A stretch of DNA of 63,064 nt, filler included, from Rhabdomonas costata (lineage: Eukaryota), in the NCBI GenBank assembly GCA_019059605.1. It is 49 parts of 49 records of this genome, joined end to end, with 100 filler letters (N's around TTAATTAATTAA, not from the genome) between each part and the next. Parts side by side here need not be neighbours in the genome. Positions count along the whole stretch, not along the records: positions 25,771 to 26,959 come from JAHMHO010024315.1; positions 27,060 to 28,249 come from JAHMHO010024316.1; positions 28,350 to 29,539 come from JAHMHO010024317.1; positions 29,640 to 30,832 come from JAHMHO010024318.1; positions 30,933 to 32,122 come from JAHMHO010024319.1; positions 32,223 to 33,412 come from JAHMHO010024320.1; positions 33,513 to 34,702 come from JAHMHO010024321.1; positions 34,803 to 35,992 come from JAHMHO010024322.1; 41 more parts are not named here. The stretch is one strand, 5' to 3'. Below are positions 26,914 through 37,761 of this stretch, one piece after another (the stretch's first letter is position 1; the number at the start of each line of letters is the position of its first letter). The notes beneath the pieces were generated by a model, which did not search any database, was not told the origin of the DNA, and saw only the letters and a list, made by a program, of their open reading frames with translations. A program made the translations under genes and the position numbers.

Positions 26914-27267
26914 TCGGAGAGCTCGCTTAGCACTGCTACACTGACCAGGACCCACCCACNNNNNNNNNNNNNNNNNNNNNNNNNNNNNNNNNNNNNNNNN
27001 NNNTTAATTAATTAANNNNNNNNNNNNNNNNNNNNNNNNNNNNNNNNNNNNNNNNNNNNGGTTTGTGCTCTGCTCACTGTCCCATGAAGTTTTGACGCTG
27101 TGCTTGTTTCTATCGAAAAGTCAGATTCTCCTATGGCGATTGCCAACGCTGTAGCAATCATTTACGATACCAAATGCATTTTGTGCCTAAAACAGGTGTT
27201 GCATCAATCCCCAGGGGCGCAAAGGAAACGAAATGGGTTGCGGGTGGAGAGCTAGAGGGCTTGAAAC

Positions 27268-28230
27268 CTGAGCAAATAGATGTTGCAGCACCCATCGTCT
27301 CACAGGAGGCCAGCGCTCGCACGAGGCAGTTGTCCTTTAGCATGGCCTTCATTCCGTAAGCCAGGGAGATTGTTACGGCCAGGGGAAGGCCTTCGGGAAT
27401 CGCGATCACCACCACAGTAATCGACAGGGTAATGTAGTCCAGAAAATCTGTGGAAGTCAATACAGGTATCGACGACAGCTCAACGACAACTCAGGATACT
27501 GATGCTACGTTCAACCCCATCCGAAAGAATGCTCGCAGCATGATATCCGCACACGCACAGAACCAAAACGAATGGCAACCCATCCATCTGATAAAATTCG
27601 CACACATCCTATCTCCAATCTCGTTCGTGTCACATTTTACTTTTATCCTCTGATAAAGAGCGAAAAGAGAATAAACATAAAAGCTTTTTGACGGCAAACA
27701 CACTGTCCAACTTTGTTCACAGCACAGCAAATGCAAAGTGAGAGGGGAGGGAGAGAATAAAAAGTGTATATGTGAACGTGTGTGTGTATGTGTATGTGTA
27801 TGCGTATGTGGTTGTGTGTCAATGGTTGTTGAACAAATAGAGCTGGCTGATGCGAGGCAAAAAAAGAAAGTGGTTATGGGGGTGAGAGTAAAGAGCAAAG
27901 AGTAAGCGGTAATCACCGTCGTGCATCACCGCCCACCCCAACCAACTATAGCGAACTAAACGGGACAGAGACAAAACAACAACACACACATACATATGCA
28001 TACCCCGGAGGCTAAAGGGCTGCCGATAGACCGCTATCGCCACGGCCTGCTTCACGGAAAGAATAACAAGAAGAAACACCGCGATGAAAACACCGCCGCG
28101 GCCTAGCCGCTTGGCGAGCTGAGAGAGCTTCTCCTGCAGCGGGGTCGGCGGGCTCTCCACCCGAGTGCTCATCCTCAGGCGTCCGCTGAAGCTGTTGGTT
28201 CCCACCCCCACCACAAGGACGCCCCCACAA
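27268..28230 (-). CDS. P-type IIB Ca2+-ATPase (PMCA-like), 2 exons (28004-~28230, 27268-27447)
   Basis: TPLQEKL, then [42 protein letters not shown] leading up to the phosphorylation Asp. Confidence 0.95.
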
Positions 28231-28504
28231 CACCACACACACCCAACACNNNNNNNNNNNNNNNNNNNNNNNNNNNNNNNNNNNNNNNNNNNNTTAATTA
28301 ATTAANNNNNNNNNNNNNNNNNNNNNNNNNNNNNNNNNNNNNNNNNNNNGTGGTGGGGTCAGAAATTCGGTCTTTGGGTTCAGGTATTAGTGTCCCCGAG
28401 TTGAGGAGGTTCTGAGTCGCGTCTTTGGGTTCGGGTTTCGGTCTTTGGCCTTCGGGTTCGGTCTTCGGCCTTCATATCCATTTTTTCAATCTGGTTTTGT
28501 GCAG

Positions 28505-29043
28505 GCGGAATCAACAGGGCACCCTCCCAGGACCGGTGGAGAGCCTCCATGCTTTGGACAAATGTTTGGCTTCACCGCCTGTGCGTCATTCTCCTGGCGC
28601 ATTACCACACGGTTGGTCAGCAGCTGGTCCGCACTGCCCCTGGTACCAGCGATGCGGACCGTTTCTATGCCGGCAACTTCTGGTGGGCTCGGGCCTCGTA
28701 CCTGCTTGCCTTGGACCCCGCACGAGTGCTGAGGCCTGAAAACCGCCACTCTGCTGAAGGCTGGGTTGGTGCCCCTCTGAAGAACACGTCTTGGCTGGAG
28801 CCTGCGCTGGGTCGATATGCGTGCCTCTTCCAGCCCTACGACCTCTCCCCCGAGGCCTTCCGCTACCTGAACCCTACCGTGTACTTCGCCATCGCCTCAG
28901 TGGCGTGGGAGCACCGCGCCGGGGCCTCCCCTCGGCCGCTGCCCCCGAAGTGCGTGGTCAATTGCCTCAACTTTCTCTGTGGCCGCAACGACATCTTCCC
29001 CGACAAGGGGTTGTGGGTTCCTGGGACCCTCTCCCCTCAATAG
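28505..29043 (+). CDS. Uncharacterised 'GNFWWA' putative glycosyltransferase-like protein, last exon
   Basis: WRASMLWTNV...CVILLAHYHTVG...FYAGNFWWARASYL...RHSAEGWVG; acceptor gtgcag at 28504; ends in TAG. Confidence 0.65.
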
Positions 29044-30101
29044 AGTGAAACGCCTGTGTACCTCGGCCGCCTCGGCTCGGGCGTTTCTTTCCCATCAACC
29101 AGCGATTTTTTTGATTGAGTGTTGCGTCTGTGTGCCGCAATCGAAATCGCCGTGCCTTGTAAAGGTCCTCGCAAGGTTCGGAGAGTTATGGAGGTTGAGG
29201 TCGCCATCGTGTGACTTAGGTGAGTGTTATGTTCACTTTCTTGTGACGTGCTCCCAAGATCAACCTTTCCTCATCGAATTCTCAAGGCAAGTCTAGCTCT
29301 GTGCTCCTCCACGATGCTTGGAACACTCTACGATTGTCTGTGGTGGGAACATTTTCGCTAGCTTTTCAGGTGAGAAACAGCTTGGGAACAGACCCCCAAA
29401 CTACTCAGCTTCAGGCCGTCCTTTACAGGCTTGCTGGTGTGCCTGGAGCGCACGTTTGCCTATTGTAACTCTCAGGCTTTTTTATATTTTTCTTCTTCTT
29501 TCAACTTCAACTTTTTTTCAACTTCTTCCACACACACACNNNNNNNNNNNNNNNNNNNNNNNNNNNNNNNNNNNNNNNNNNNNTTAATTAATTAANNNNN
29601 NNNNNNNNNNNNNNNNNNNNNNNNNNNNNNNNNNNNNNNGGGTTTTTTGTATCCTTACCTGCTGCTTTATAGGGTCTTCGCAGACCTAGGATCGAGCTGC
29701 TTCTCGAGGCTGGCTTCTGAAGCTGGCTCTTCGTACCCGTACTTCTTGTCGGCAGGCTTCCCGCTCTTCCCTTCATCCTCTGCTAATCACTGGTTCATCT
29801 TTATTCCGGTGAATCGCCGACCTCTCTTGTCGTATCTTTTTCTGCCTGGAATCCTCAACTCAGCTTCTTCAGACCATAAGACTAGTATCATCGCGTGATT
29901 CCCATGTTCTTCACCACATTTTGAGGTGTTGTTGGGAACTGGTCACTGAGCGTTGCCGCAGGCTTTCAGGGAGACGTGCTGAAGCATCTCCATCACCTCC
30001 AGGTGGTTTTGGGCGCCCTCGTTTTTCCACTTTGCGCCGGGGCAGTGGCGGTTCTCGACGTATTGGCCATGTCGTACTCGTCGGCAGCGAAAGGCATGCA
30101 A

Positions 30102-30102
<1 letters not shown>

Positions 30103-30145
<43 letters not shown>
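30103..30145 (+). repeat. (CA)n microsatellite at the start of a cyclophilin intron
   Basis: Perfect CA run; on the minus strand it supplies the GTGTGT donor. Confidence 0.9.
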
Positions 30146-30147
<2 letters not shown>

Positions 30148-30721
30148 TTGTAGCCATAGCCCTTCTCCCCTAAAAGAGCGAACAGGGAGGTAGACAAAAC
30201 GGACATAGAGGCAAAGCTCATCCCTCGACCAGACGCCCTCACCAGAATTACCTACAGAGGCCATAGTACCTCGGCTGTGGCTAGGTGGTGTAGTTGGCAG
30301 TGGACTTGGCGTGGATGGTGGAGATAGATGCGGTGTGGTGCTGTGCTTCGGAGTGTGATGGTTGGGTGACCTATTGGACCTTTTAGTGCATCGTCGGTCC
30401 TGCGGTCGGTGTGCTGGTTGGCTGGGAGAATGAACCAACCGCCACACTAATCTCGTACCTGTCGCAAGTAATGACTGCTTCCGATACTACGGAGGAACGG
30501 TGAAGAGTATTTTGTGACAGCAAAAAAAAAAGAGCAACAGAGCAGAGCATCGCCGCCCCTCCACTCCCCCCCTTTACACTCGCCAACTGATGCGCACCCG
30601 TGCAAAGCGCTCGGAAGTTCTCCGCGGTCCTCGGCACCACGTCCTTACGCAGCTCCATCACAATGCGCCCCAGGGGCGCCCCGCCTGCCTGGATATCGAA
30701 GAAAACCGTGGGGTTCGACAT
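30146..30721 (-). CDS. Cyclophilin A-type PPIase, first exon (30598-30721) plus a 24-nt micro-exon (30146-30169)
   Basis: [42 protein letters not shown] joined in frame to EKGYGYKG. Confidence 0.95.
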
Positions 30722-30932
30722 CAAAGTGGGCTCTCACGGGAAACTAGCGCAAAAGGTGCTGGCTGACAGGAGTAGTACAACAAGAAACACGGAGGATCAA
30801 CACGGAGGATGCGAGAAAATCTCACAACCACCNNNNNNNNNNNNNNNNNNNNNNNNNNNNNNNNNNNNNNNNNNNNTTAATTAATTAANNNNNNNNNNNN
30901 NNNNNNNNNNNNNNNNNNNNNNNNNNNNNNNN

Positions 30933-32110
30933 GGGGTGTGGGGCAAGCGACCTCCAACACCGCCCTGCACATTTTGCTCCTGGAAGGCTGCGTGCACTCC
31001 AAGGTCAAGCGCCGCACTCGTGCTCACCGAATTCCCGGTCAAGGGCAACGTCTGCCCAAACACAAGAGCTTGAGTACCCAGTCCAGAATAGTCCACTACG
31101 GTGCAGTCGGAATTGTGTGGCAGGGTTGCGAGGTTTCCCACGGAATCCAAGGAACTCCCACTGGAATTTCCAGCCAAAAGCCACACTCGCTTCAGGCCTT
31201 CCCCTCCACAGCTTCCCGAAGCGACTGTCGCAGGAAGAATCAAGTCCGGCATGAGCTGAAGGCTGGGATGGTTGGTCACCGCACTGACAATGGTAGCGTT
31301 GCTGACTGCACTTCCGCAGGGCAAAGCTGAGATGGATGTTGCAATCAATCGGCCCGCCAAGTATCCCTCGATCAGTTCGGCCGAAATGGACGTGGCAGAG
31401 GGAAGAAGTTGCTGGACACGAGCCAGGACGGAAGAATTCTGAGTTGGCACCACCTGTGAGATTGAGGGTACACATGAATAACCACATGTCATCGACGATC
31501 GAAGGAAAGAAATGAATCACGAAAACAAAGTGTATTGCAGTGTTAGAGGTAGCGCCATAGAAATAAATCGGTTGATAATTAGGTTACCACCATGCCTGAA
31601 AGGCCCCTCGATATACGGAGCAGTTCGGAATAGACCTAATATGGCTCGTGCCACCTCAAAAGTAGGAGGTGACAGTAGAAGGCCAATTTTTTCACCACTC
31701 GTTTTAGCTTCCAAGTCCGAAAACGCCTGAATCAGTGCACACTTTTGTAAGTTGTGACTTTTTGAGATGACGCCGACAATATAACCGATGCCAAACAAGA
31801 GTAAGTAACGCCTAAGCCAAAACGTACGCCAAAAACGGGATATACCAGACAATGTAACGCACGCGCTGCCGAAATTAAAGCAAATAATCCATGCCTGCGA
31901 AATCACCAGTCCACTCGTGTCATTGCCAAGGTCCTGAGAAAGACTTCCAAGCCCATTCACCGAAATCACACCCACCACAAACTGAAGTAAAGCTTGCGGC
32001 CGCTGCCGCCGCCGAAATTCCAACACTGCCGCAGAAAGGGAGGACGAGGAGGAAACAACAATCACTGCCTGGGGCACCAATGGAGAGCTCGCCCCGAGAA
32101 GCGCTGACAC
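30933..32110 (-). CDS. Tandem type-1 periplasmic-binding (Venus flytrap) domain protein, probable receptor ectodomain; 2 exons split by a GC-AG intron (31454-31894)
   Basis: Spliced GLVISQ|VVP...IEGYLAGRL ends one PBP1 domain; LVFGQTLPLTG...GVHAAFQEQNVQGGVGGRL starts a second. Several N-x-S/T sequons are present. Confidence 0.75.
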
Positions 32111-32613
32111 ACCCCAACCCCCNNNNNNNNNNNNNNNNNNNNNNNNNNNNNNNNNNNNNNNNNNNNTTAATTAATTAANNNNNNNNNNNNNNNNNNNNNN
32201 NNNNNNNNNNNNNNNNNNNNNNTGTTTTTTTGATTTGCGCCATTTTGTCATGATTTATAATGTAATGGTATCAGGCAAGGTAAGGTCCCCCCCCTTCCAA
32301 GCACACGTGGGATATCGACGGGAAGGGACCTTACCTTGCCTGATACCATTACATTATAAATCATGACAAAATGGCGCAAATCAGAAAAGCAGCGTGATCA
32401 CACTGGTGGCGCACTGGAAACAATGCAAAGAAGCAATCGACCAGTGAGAGAACACAGTCCCATACAGCACGCCGCCTTTGTTGCCGCGCATCAATCTCCC
32501 GGAAGAAACAAGAGAGTAGATGAAGGTTCCCACGCGAGGGAATTGAAATATTACTCACTCAGTTGTCACTGATTACATAAATCCGGAAAGTCACTGCCCT
32601 CCCACAGTCGCAC

Positions 32614-32713
32614 CGATGCCCTGGCCAGATCCAGTGATGATGGCCACCTTACCCTCCAGCAGCCTGGGCCGGCTCAGGTGGCCTTCCACCACCTTCAGCC
32701 GGCTGCTGGCCAT
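32614..32713 (-). CDS. Short-chain dehydrogenase/reductase, first exon, with an N-terminal PTS2
   Basis: MASSRLKVVEGHLSRPRLLEGKVAIITGSGQGI(G): RLx5HL followed by the TGxxxGIG Rossmann motif; gtgcga donor. Not in the ORF track. Confidence 0.88.
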
Positions 32714-32859
32714 CAGCTCTCGCCAAAAAAAAGAGGTGACACGAAAAGGGTGTACACAAGGGGAAAGACTACTCCAGAAAATGTTCAGGTGACTCCGTTG
32801 ACTGCCACAACAAAGAAAAGAATCGTTACTGGCATACCGGCGTGCAGGTGGGCGGACGG

Positions 32860-33103
32860 ACCCGCCACTCTAGCTCGAGTTATGAGGTCAATGTTAGGTC
32901 TCCGGCTGGTCCGGTCCGGTCCGGGAGTGACCATGGCGGATGTCACCCAGCGAATAGGGCGAGGATTTGGGCCAAAGTAAATGGTCCTACCCCCCTTTCG
33001 GATGAGGCCCCCGACGATTGGTGAGGTTCCCGAGGCCGGTTGAAGAGGCTAGGTAGGCCCACCTTGCAGAACCCCCAGAACAGCGATAAGACAAAGCAAA
33101 CTG
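32860..33103 (+). repeat. Dispersed ~240 bp repeat, copy 1
   Basis: Aligns with the reverse complement of 38774-39005; shared core gggagtgaccatggcggatgtcacccagcgaatagggcgagg. Confidence 0.9.
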
Positions 33104-33935
33104 TTGAATAGTGAGGCAACACGCATATGCGGGATGAACACTGGTGGAACCCTGGAATCTTGTCTAACCTTCCTGATTCGACGTGGCACAAACTCCTTTA
33201 AGTCCAATTATTCAAGCCAACCATTTGCAGACTGGTCCAACTTTTTCCAAGAATTTGGAGAAGGGCCCCCATTTTTGGAACCAATAAACGTTGCTCTTGG
33301 GTACCGAAAGCCTCAAGTTACTAATGACCCTGTGCGTGGGTCAGAAAGTGGGAGAAACGTCCGCCTTCAACCATTCCGGGAACGAAAAAAAGGCTGAAGA
33401 CTATAACACCACNNNNNNNNNNNNNNNNNNNNNNNNNNNNNNNNNNNNNNNNNNNNTTAATTAATTAANNNNNNNNNNNNNNNNNNNNNNNNNNNNNNNN
33501 NNNNNNNNNNNNGTGTTGATAAGACCGCAGGTATCACTAGATATGGGGTGAGCTTCGTCTGCGGTGTGCACAAATGGCTTGTCTCTTGGATTAGGTAAAG
33601 GGAGGATTTTAGGCGGTAGGTAAAGGTAGTTTTTGTGCAGCAGTGGCCTGCAGCACAAACGCGACCGATGGGAGGGCGTGCTATTGCAGTGCTGGAGTGG
33701 GAACCCGAAAACCGCGAAGAGGAAGCTCAGTAGAAAAATTCTGAGTTAGTGAATGCGCTATACCGTAGATCACGCACACACGCACACAGTGGAGCGCATC
33801 CAGCTGCATAGGTGCAGTTGTTCCTTGGGACGTCGTTTTATCTTGCGCACACAACACCGGCAGATTGTTTCCTTCTTCATTCGAAAGCACCAACACCAAC
33901 ACCAACACCTGTTCGTCTTCTTTCGGACCACCAAA

Positions 33936-34118
33936 ATGGCAACTCAGATCTCGCAATACCTCAAAAAGGAGGTCTTGCAGGCCGGGGATGGGAAGACCCG
34001 TCCTACTCCCGGGTCGAAGGTCTCGGTACACTACACAGGCACCTTGCTCAGCGGGGAGAAGTTTGACAGCAGCGTGGACCGTGGCAAGCCCTTCCAGTTC
34101 AACATTGGCAAAGGGGAG
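33936..34118 (+). CDS. FKBP-type peptidyl-prolyl isomerase, first exon
   Basis: [61 protein letters not shown]. Confidence 0.95.
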
Positions 34119-34809
34119 GTCATTCACCTTCTCCTCCCCCTCTCCAACTTTACCATATTTTCGCTTTCGTTTTTTTACCTTTCACTCGGAAAGCAAGAAA
34201 AAAAAGGAAATGCAGGGCAAGACTCTTCTTGTTCACAAGCAGGGTGGGAAGATGTGTAAATGTCCGCAGATACGATTTTTATCATAGCACTGGCAGCACT
34301 CTCAACCATCCCCAGAACGCTCTGACGGAGCTGCGCAAGTGTCCACAGCCGTGGATTGTGCCTGTCGTCCTTGCCTGAAAGTATACGTCTACTGCTGTTC
34401 TCTCGCCGGACCGTCGCTGCCCCTAATTCCAGGGCTGGACCTTTAGTGCATGAATGCAGAAAGTGACCTTACCGTTTTTGAAAAAACGTATAAAAAGAAA
34501 AGGTCTATGGTTACATGTACGAATGGAGAACACAACCTTCCCAGTGGACCCGGGCATGAAATTGGGGTGACAGGGATGCAATGTTTGCACTTCTGGCCAG
34601 TAACACCAGGCCAGGCTTGCCCCTGTGCACACTGGCCTTCAGCTCAGAGCCACATTTGGAGCACTTGGAAGGCGGCTCTCGGAGAACTCCGTAACCCCCC
34701 AANNNNNNNNNNNNNNNNNNNNNNNNNNNNNNNNNNNNNNNNNNNNTTAATTAATTAANNNNNNNNNNNNNNNNNNNNNNNNNNNNNNNNNNNNNNNNNN
34801 NNGGTGTTG

Positions 34810-35480
34810 TTGGGCCACCTCCGGGCCACCTCTGTCACCTTCTCTGGATACACACCGAAAGCGTGGGACCAAAAGCAGCCTTTCTGGTCCTCATTCGCAT
34901 AACGGAAATGCCCCGGAGTGAGGTGGGAAAGAAAAGACCGAGCAATATGGCTGGCGATGGAGTCGCTCAATGCTCCCCTGGTTTCTTTTCTTGCAGCTCG
35001 AAGTTCACAGTGGAAAAGCCTCCAATTCAGTTTTGTAATGGTGTGTGCTTCCATCTCCAAAACTGAATACATGAATGAATACATGTACAACGCAGAGCTT
35101 TGGTAGAGGTACTTTTCCGCCTCCAGCCGGCTCGCAACATACTCTCCCGCTGCCTGGCCGCTTATCGAGGTGCGGACCACCCGCTGCTGTTGGGCGGAGG
35201 TTCTTGGGATACGCCCACGGGGCAGGGAAGCTTGGTCCTGGGGTGAACTCCAACCCTCTGCGCTAGCCCTGTCTGCTCATCACACACACACACACACACA
35301 CACGCTTCACACTTCATGGCTTCTTGCCCGCATATGTGCCTCTGCTGCCCACAACCTCCAGATGCACACAAACAACACACATGCAACATACTCGTCGTCG
35401 GCGAAGCGGATATGCCCAGAGGCAGGGCTGCCGTGGCTGCCAGGCTCACTACAGTGCCCCCCTACAGCGACGAGGAGAGA
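34810..35480 (-). CDS. Hypothetical multi-exon protein fragment
   Basis: Open GC3-rich segments (SGHIRFADDE; VVRTSISGQAAGEYVASRLEAEKYLYQ; NEDQKGCFWSHAFGVYPEKV) with GT donors. Confidence 0.4.
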
Positions 35481-36265
35481 GTGTGGGTGAGGGTGGCGTC
35501 TTAAGTATGACCCGTAATTCCTCACCGAAAGAATTTCATGGGGGCACTCACCTGTTTTTTTCTGCACCCTTTTCAGTGAAGGGAGCAAAAGAAAGCCCTC
35601 CTCAATGTTTTTAGAAACAGTTACTGTGCAAAACTCCCTGCAATGCTGAGGGAGAACACGACGGGGTGTTGGCGAAGTTTCAACCCAGCCAGTTCGTTTA
35701 TGCACAGGGACCATTTTCTGCAGCGACAGCTTGGGACCGGGAACTGAAAGGCTTTTGAATTGAAAGGTTTTTGCCAACTCTGTGGAGGCATAAAAGGGAA
35801 ACAGATAGCGAGCTATCCTCGCGGCCGTCACCGTCATCAAAAATCCCAGAGAAGCCTGGAGACGGCGGTTAAGCACTTTTCGGCATTGAACAAAACTGAC
35901 TTACCCTCGGGATCAGGTTCTACGGTTAGAGGGCGTGAAGCGAGAAGCGAGGGAAACCTTCACCGGAATCAGAAGCGGAGAAAGCCAAAAAANNNNNNNN
36001 NNNNNNNNNNNNNNNNNNNNNNNNNNNNNNNNNNNNTTAATTAATTAANNNNNNNNNNNNNNNNNNNNNNNNNNNNNNNNNNNNNNNNNNNNATGGAACT
36101 TATGTGCCTTGCACCGCTTTGGACGCTGGAGAATTAATCCTGTCGGATTGCTTTGAAGTTTTGTAACTATCTGCAACACACACATCCCATTTTCAACCAT
36201 GAGAGCATCGATGTCATCGACGGATCTGAAAAAAAAATATCGCGTTTGGAAAGGAACAGTCGCAC

Positions 36266-36869
36266 AGTAGCGCAGGGAGGCCCAGCACACCTGGGCCCAT
36301 GAACACGGCATCGTAGTCCTGTCGGTCGAGCAAGTCGTGAACCATCGCCGCTGACACAGGAGTGGAGGTGCGAATTTTCACACCCATGGAAACAATGCGA
36401 GAAATCTGAAAAAGTAAAAGCAGGGAAGCAACTCCTTTTGCAGAACCCTCATAAACGAAAATGGAAGGGTTACTAACAATGGGGGGCGGACATCTTGACG
36501 GGGAGAAATACTGTCGAGGGCTCCAAAGGCAGCCAATGCTTTCCCAGAGATGTAGTTTTTCTCACTTTTGACATGGCGCATGCCGCGGGCCCAATGGCGA
36601 AAAATCTTGATTCACTCATCACTCATTGCTCATCCTTGCCTCTTGCCTAATATCGCCGTCAAATATAGCTTCGAGCGGGAACTTGCAAAAAAAAATGTAG
36701 CAACAACCTCTGTGTGGATTAGCTCTTCAGGAAGCCGAGCTCGCGCAATGCCGTACCTCATGATCCCCCCGGGACGCGGCCGCGCCTCAAAGATGGTCAC
36801 GGACGCACCCCGGCGAACCAACTCTCTTGCGACAGAAAGCCCGGAAGGTCCGGAGCCAACCACAGCGAC
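36266..36869 (-). CDS. GltD/dihydropyrimidine dehydrogenase-like FAD/NAD(P)H oxidoreductase, exons 36708-36869 and ~36266-36350
   Basis: VAVVGSGPSGLSVARELVRRGASVTIFEARPRPGGIMRYGI...RLP and DLLDRQDYDAVFMGPG. Confidence 0.85.
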
Positions 36870-37761
36870 CTGATAAAAAGCGCAACGCCCTAGCATTCCG
36901 GGTCTTCCAAGTCAAACTGATTATTGAATGAAAGTAATCAGCTCAAAGCGGGAACTTGTAGCTTTTGTTAAAAGATGATAGGAGATTGCTGGTTGAAACA
37001 ACAGATGAGACGAAGCAATAGTCAATCCATAAGACAAAGTGGCATTTCTAACTTGGATGCAAGCTGCAAAGGTCAACTTCGACGGTGAACATTCCAGAAA
37101 AACTCGCGGAAGCAGGTGACGGGGGGGGGGCAGTGCCCCATGCCCCTGATTGCATGCCCCTGGGATGCCCACAGGTGCCGATTGCACAGAGCAGCAACTT
37201 GGGGAACGAACCCCACCAAAGGCAAAAAGAAAGAAAAAAACGTCACATGTTGCAGGTGACCACACTTCCATCACCTTTTTGTTGNNNNNNNNNNNNNNNN
37301 NNNNNNNNNNNNNNNNNNNNNNNNNNNNTTAATTAATTAANNNNNNNNNNNNNNNNNNNNNNNNNNNNNNNNNNNNNNNNNNNNTTTGGGGTGCCAAACT
37401 CTCAAACTTGAGAATAATTACTCGAGTGCAAAATCTAATGACAGCGACTGACCATGCGCAAAAATCTCGAGAACCGGTTTCGTGGAATTTGAAGTTCTAC
37501 GCAAACAACCCACACCAATCACTGAATCTACAACAGAACCTACTCACCAGATCTACATCAGTTGCTCGGTTTTCAGTTGGGAGTTGACACAGATGTGAAG
37601 CAGGAGAGTAAAAGACGAGAACTGGAATAGGGTGTCAAAGAAAACCACAAATCTTGTCGTCGAGAGGCGAGAGACACGAGAAAAGATAAACGGGTCGTGC
37701 CTTTTGCGTCACTGATTGGAGAGCTTCACAGACACCGTGTGACAATAAACTCTCTCACACT

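Noticed and set aside
32920-32965. HDV-like ribozyme in the dispersed repeat (stem followed by GCGAA)
   Set aside because: P1, P2 and P3 pairings could not be built in both copies; no hammerhead core either.
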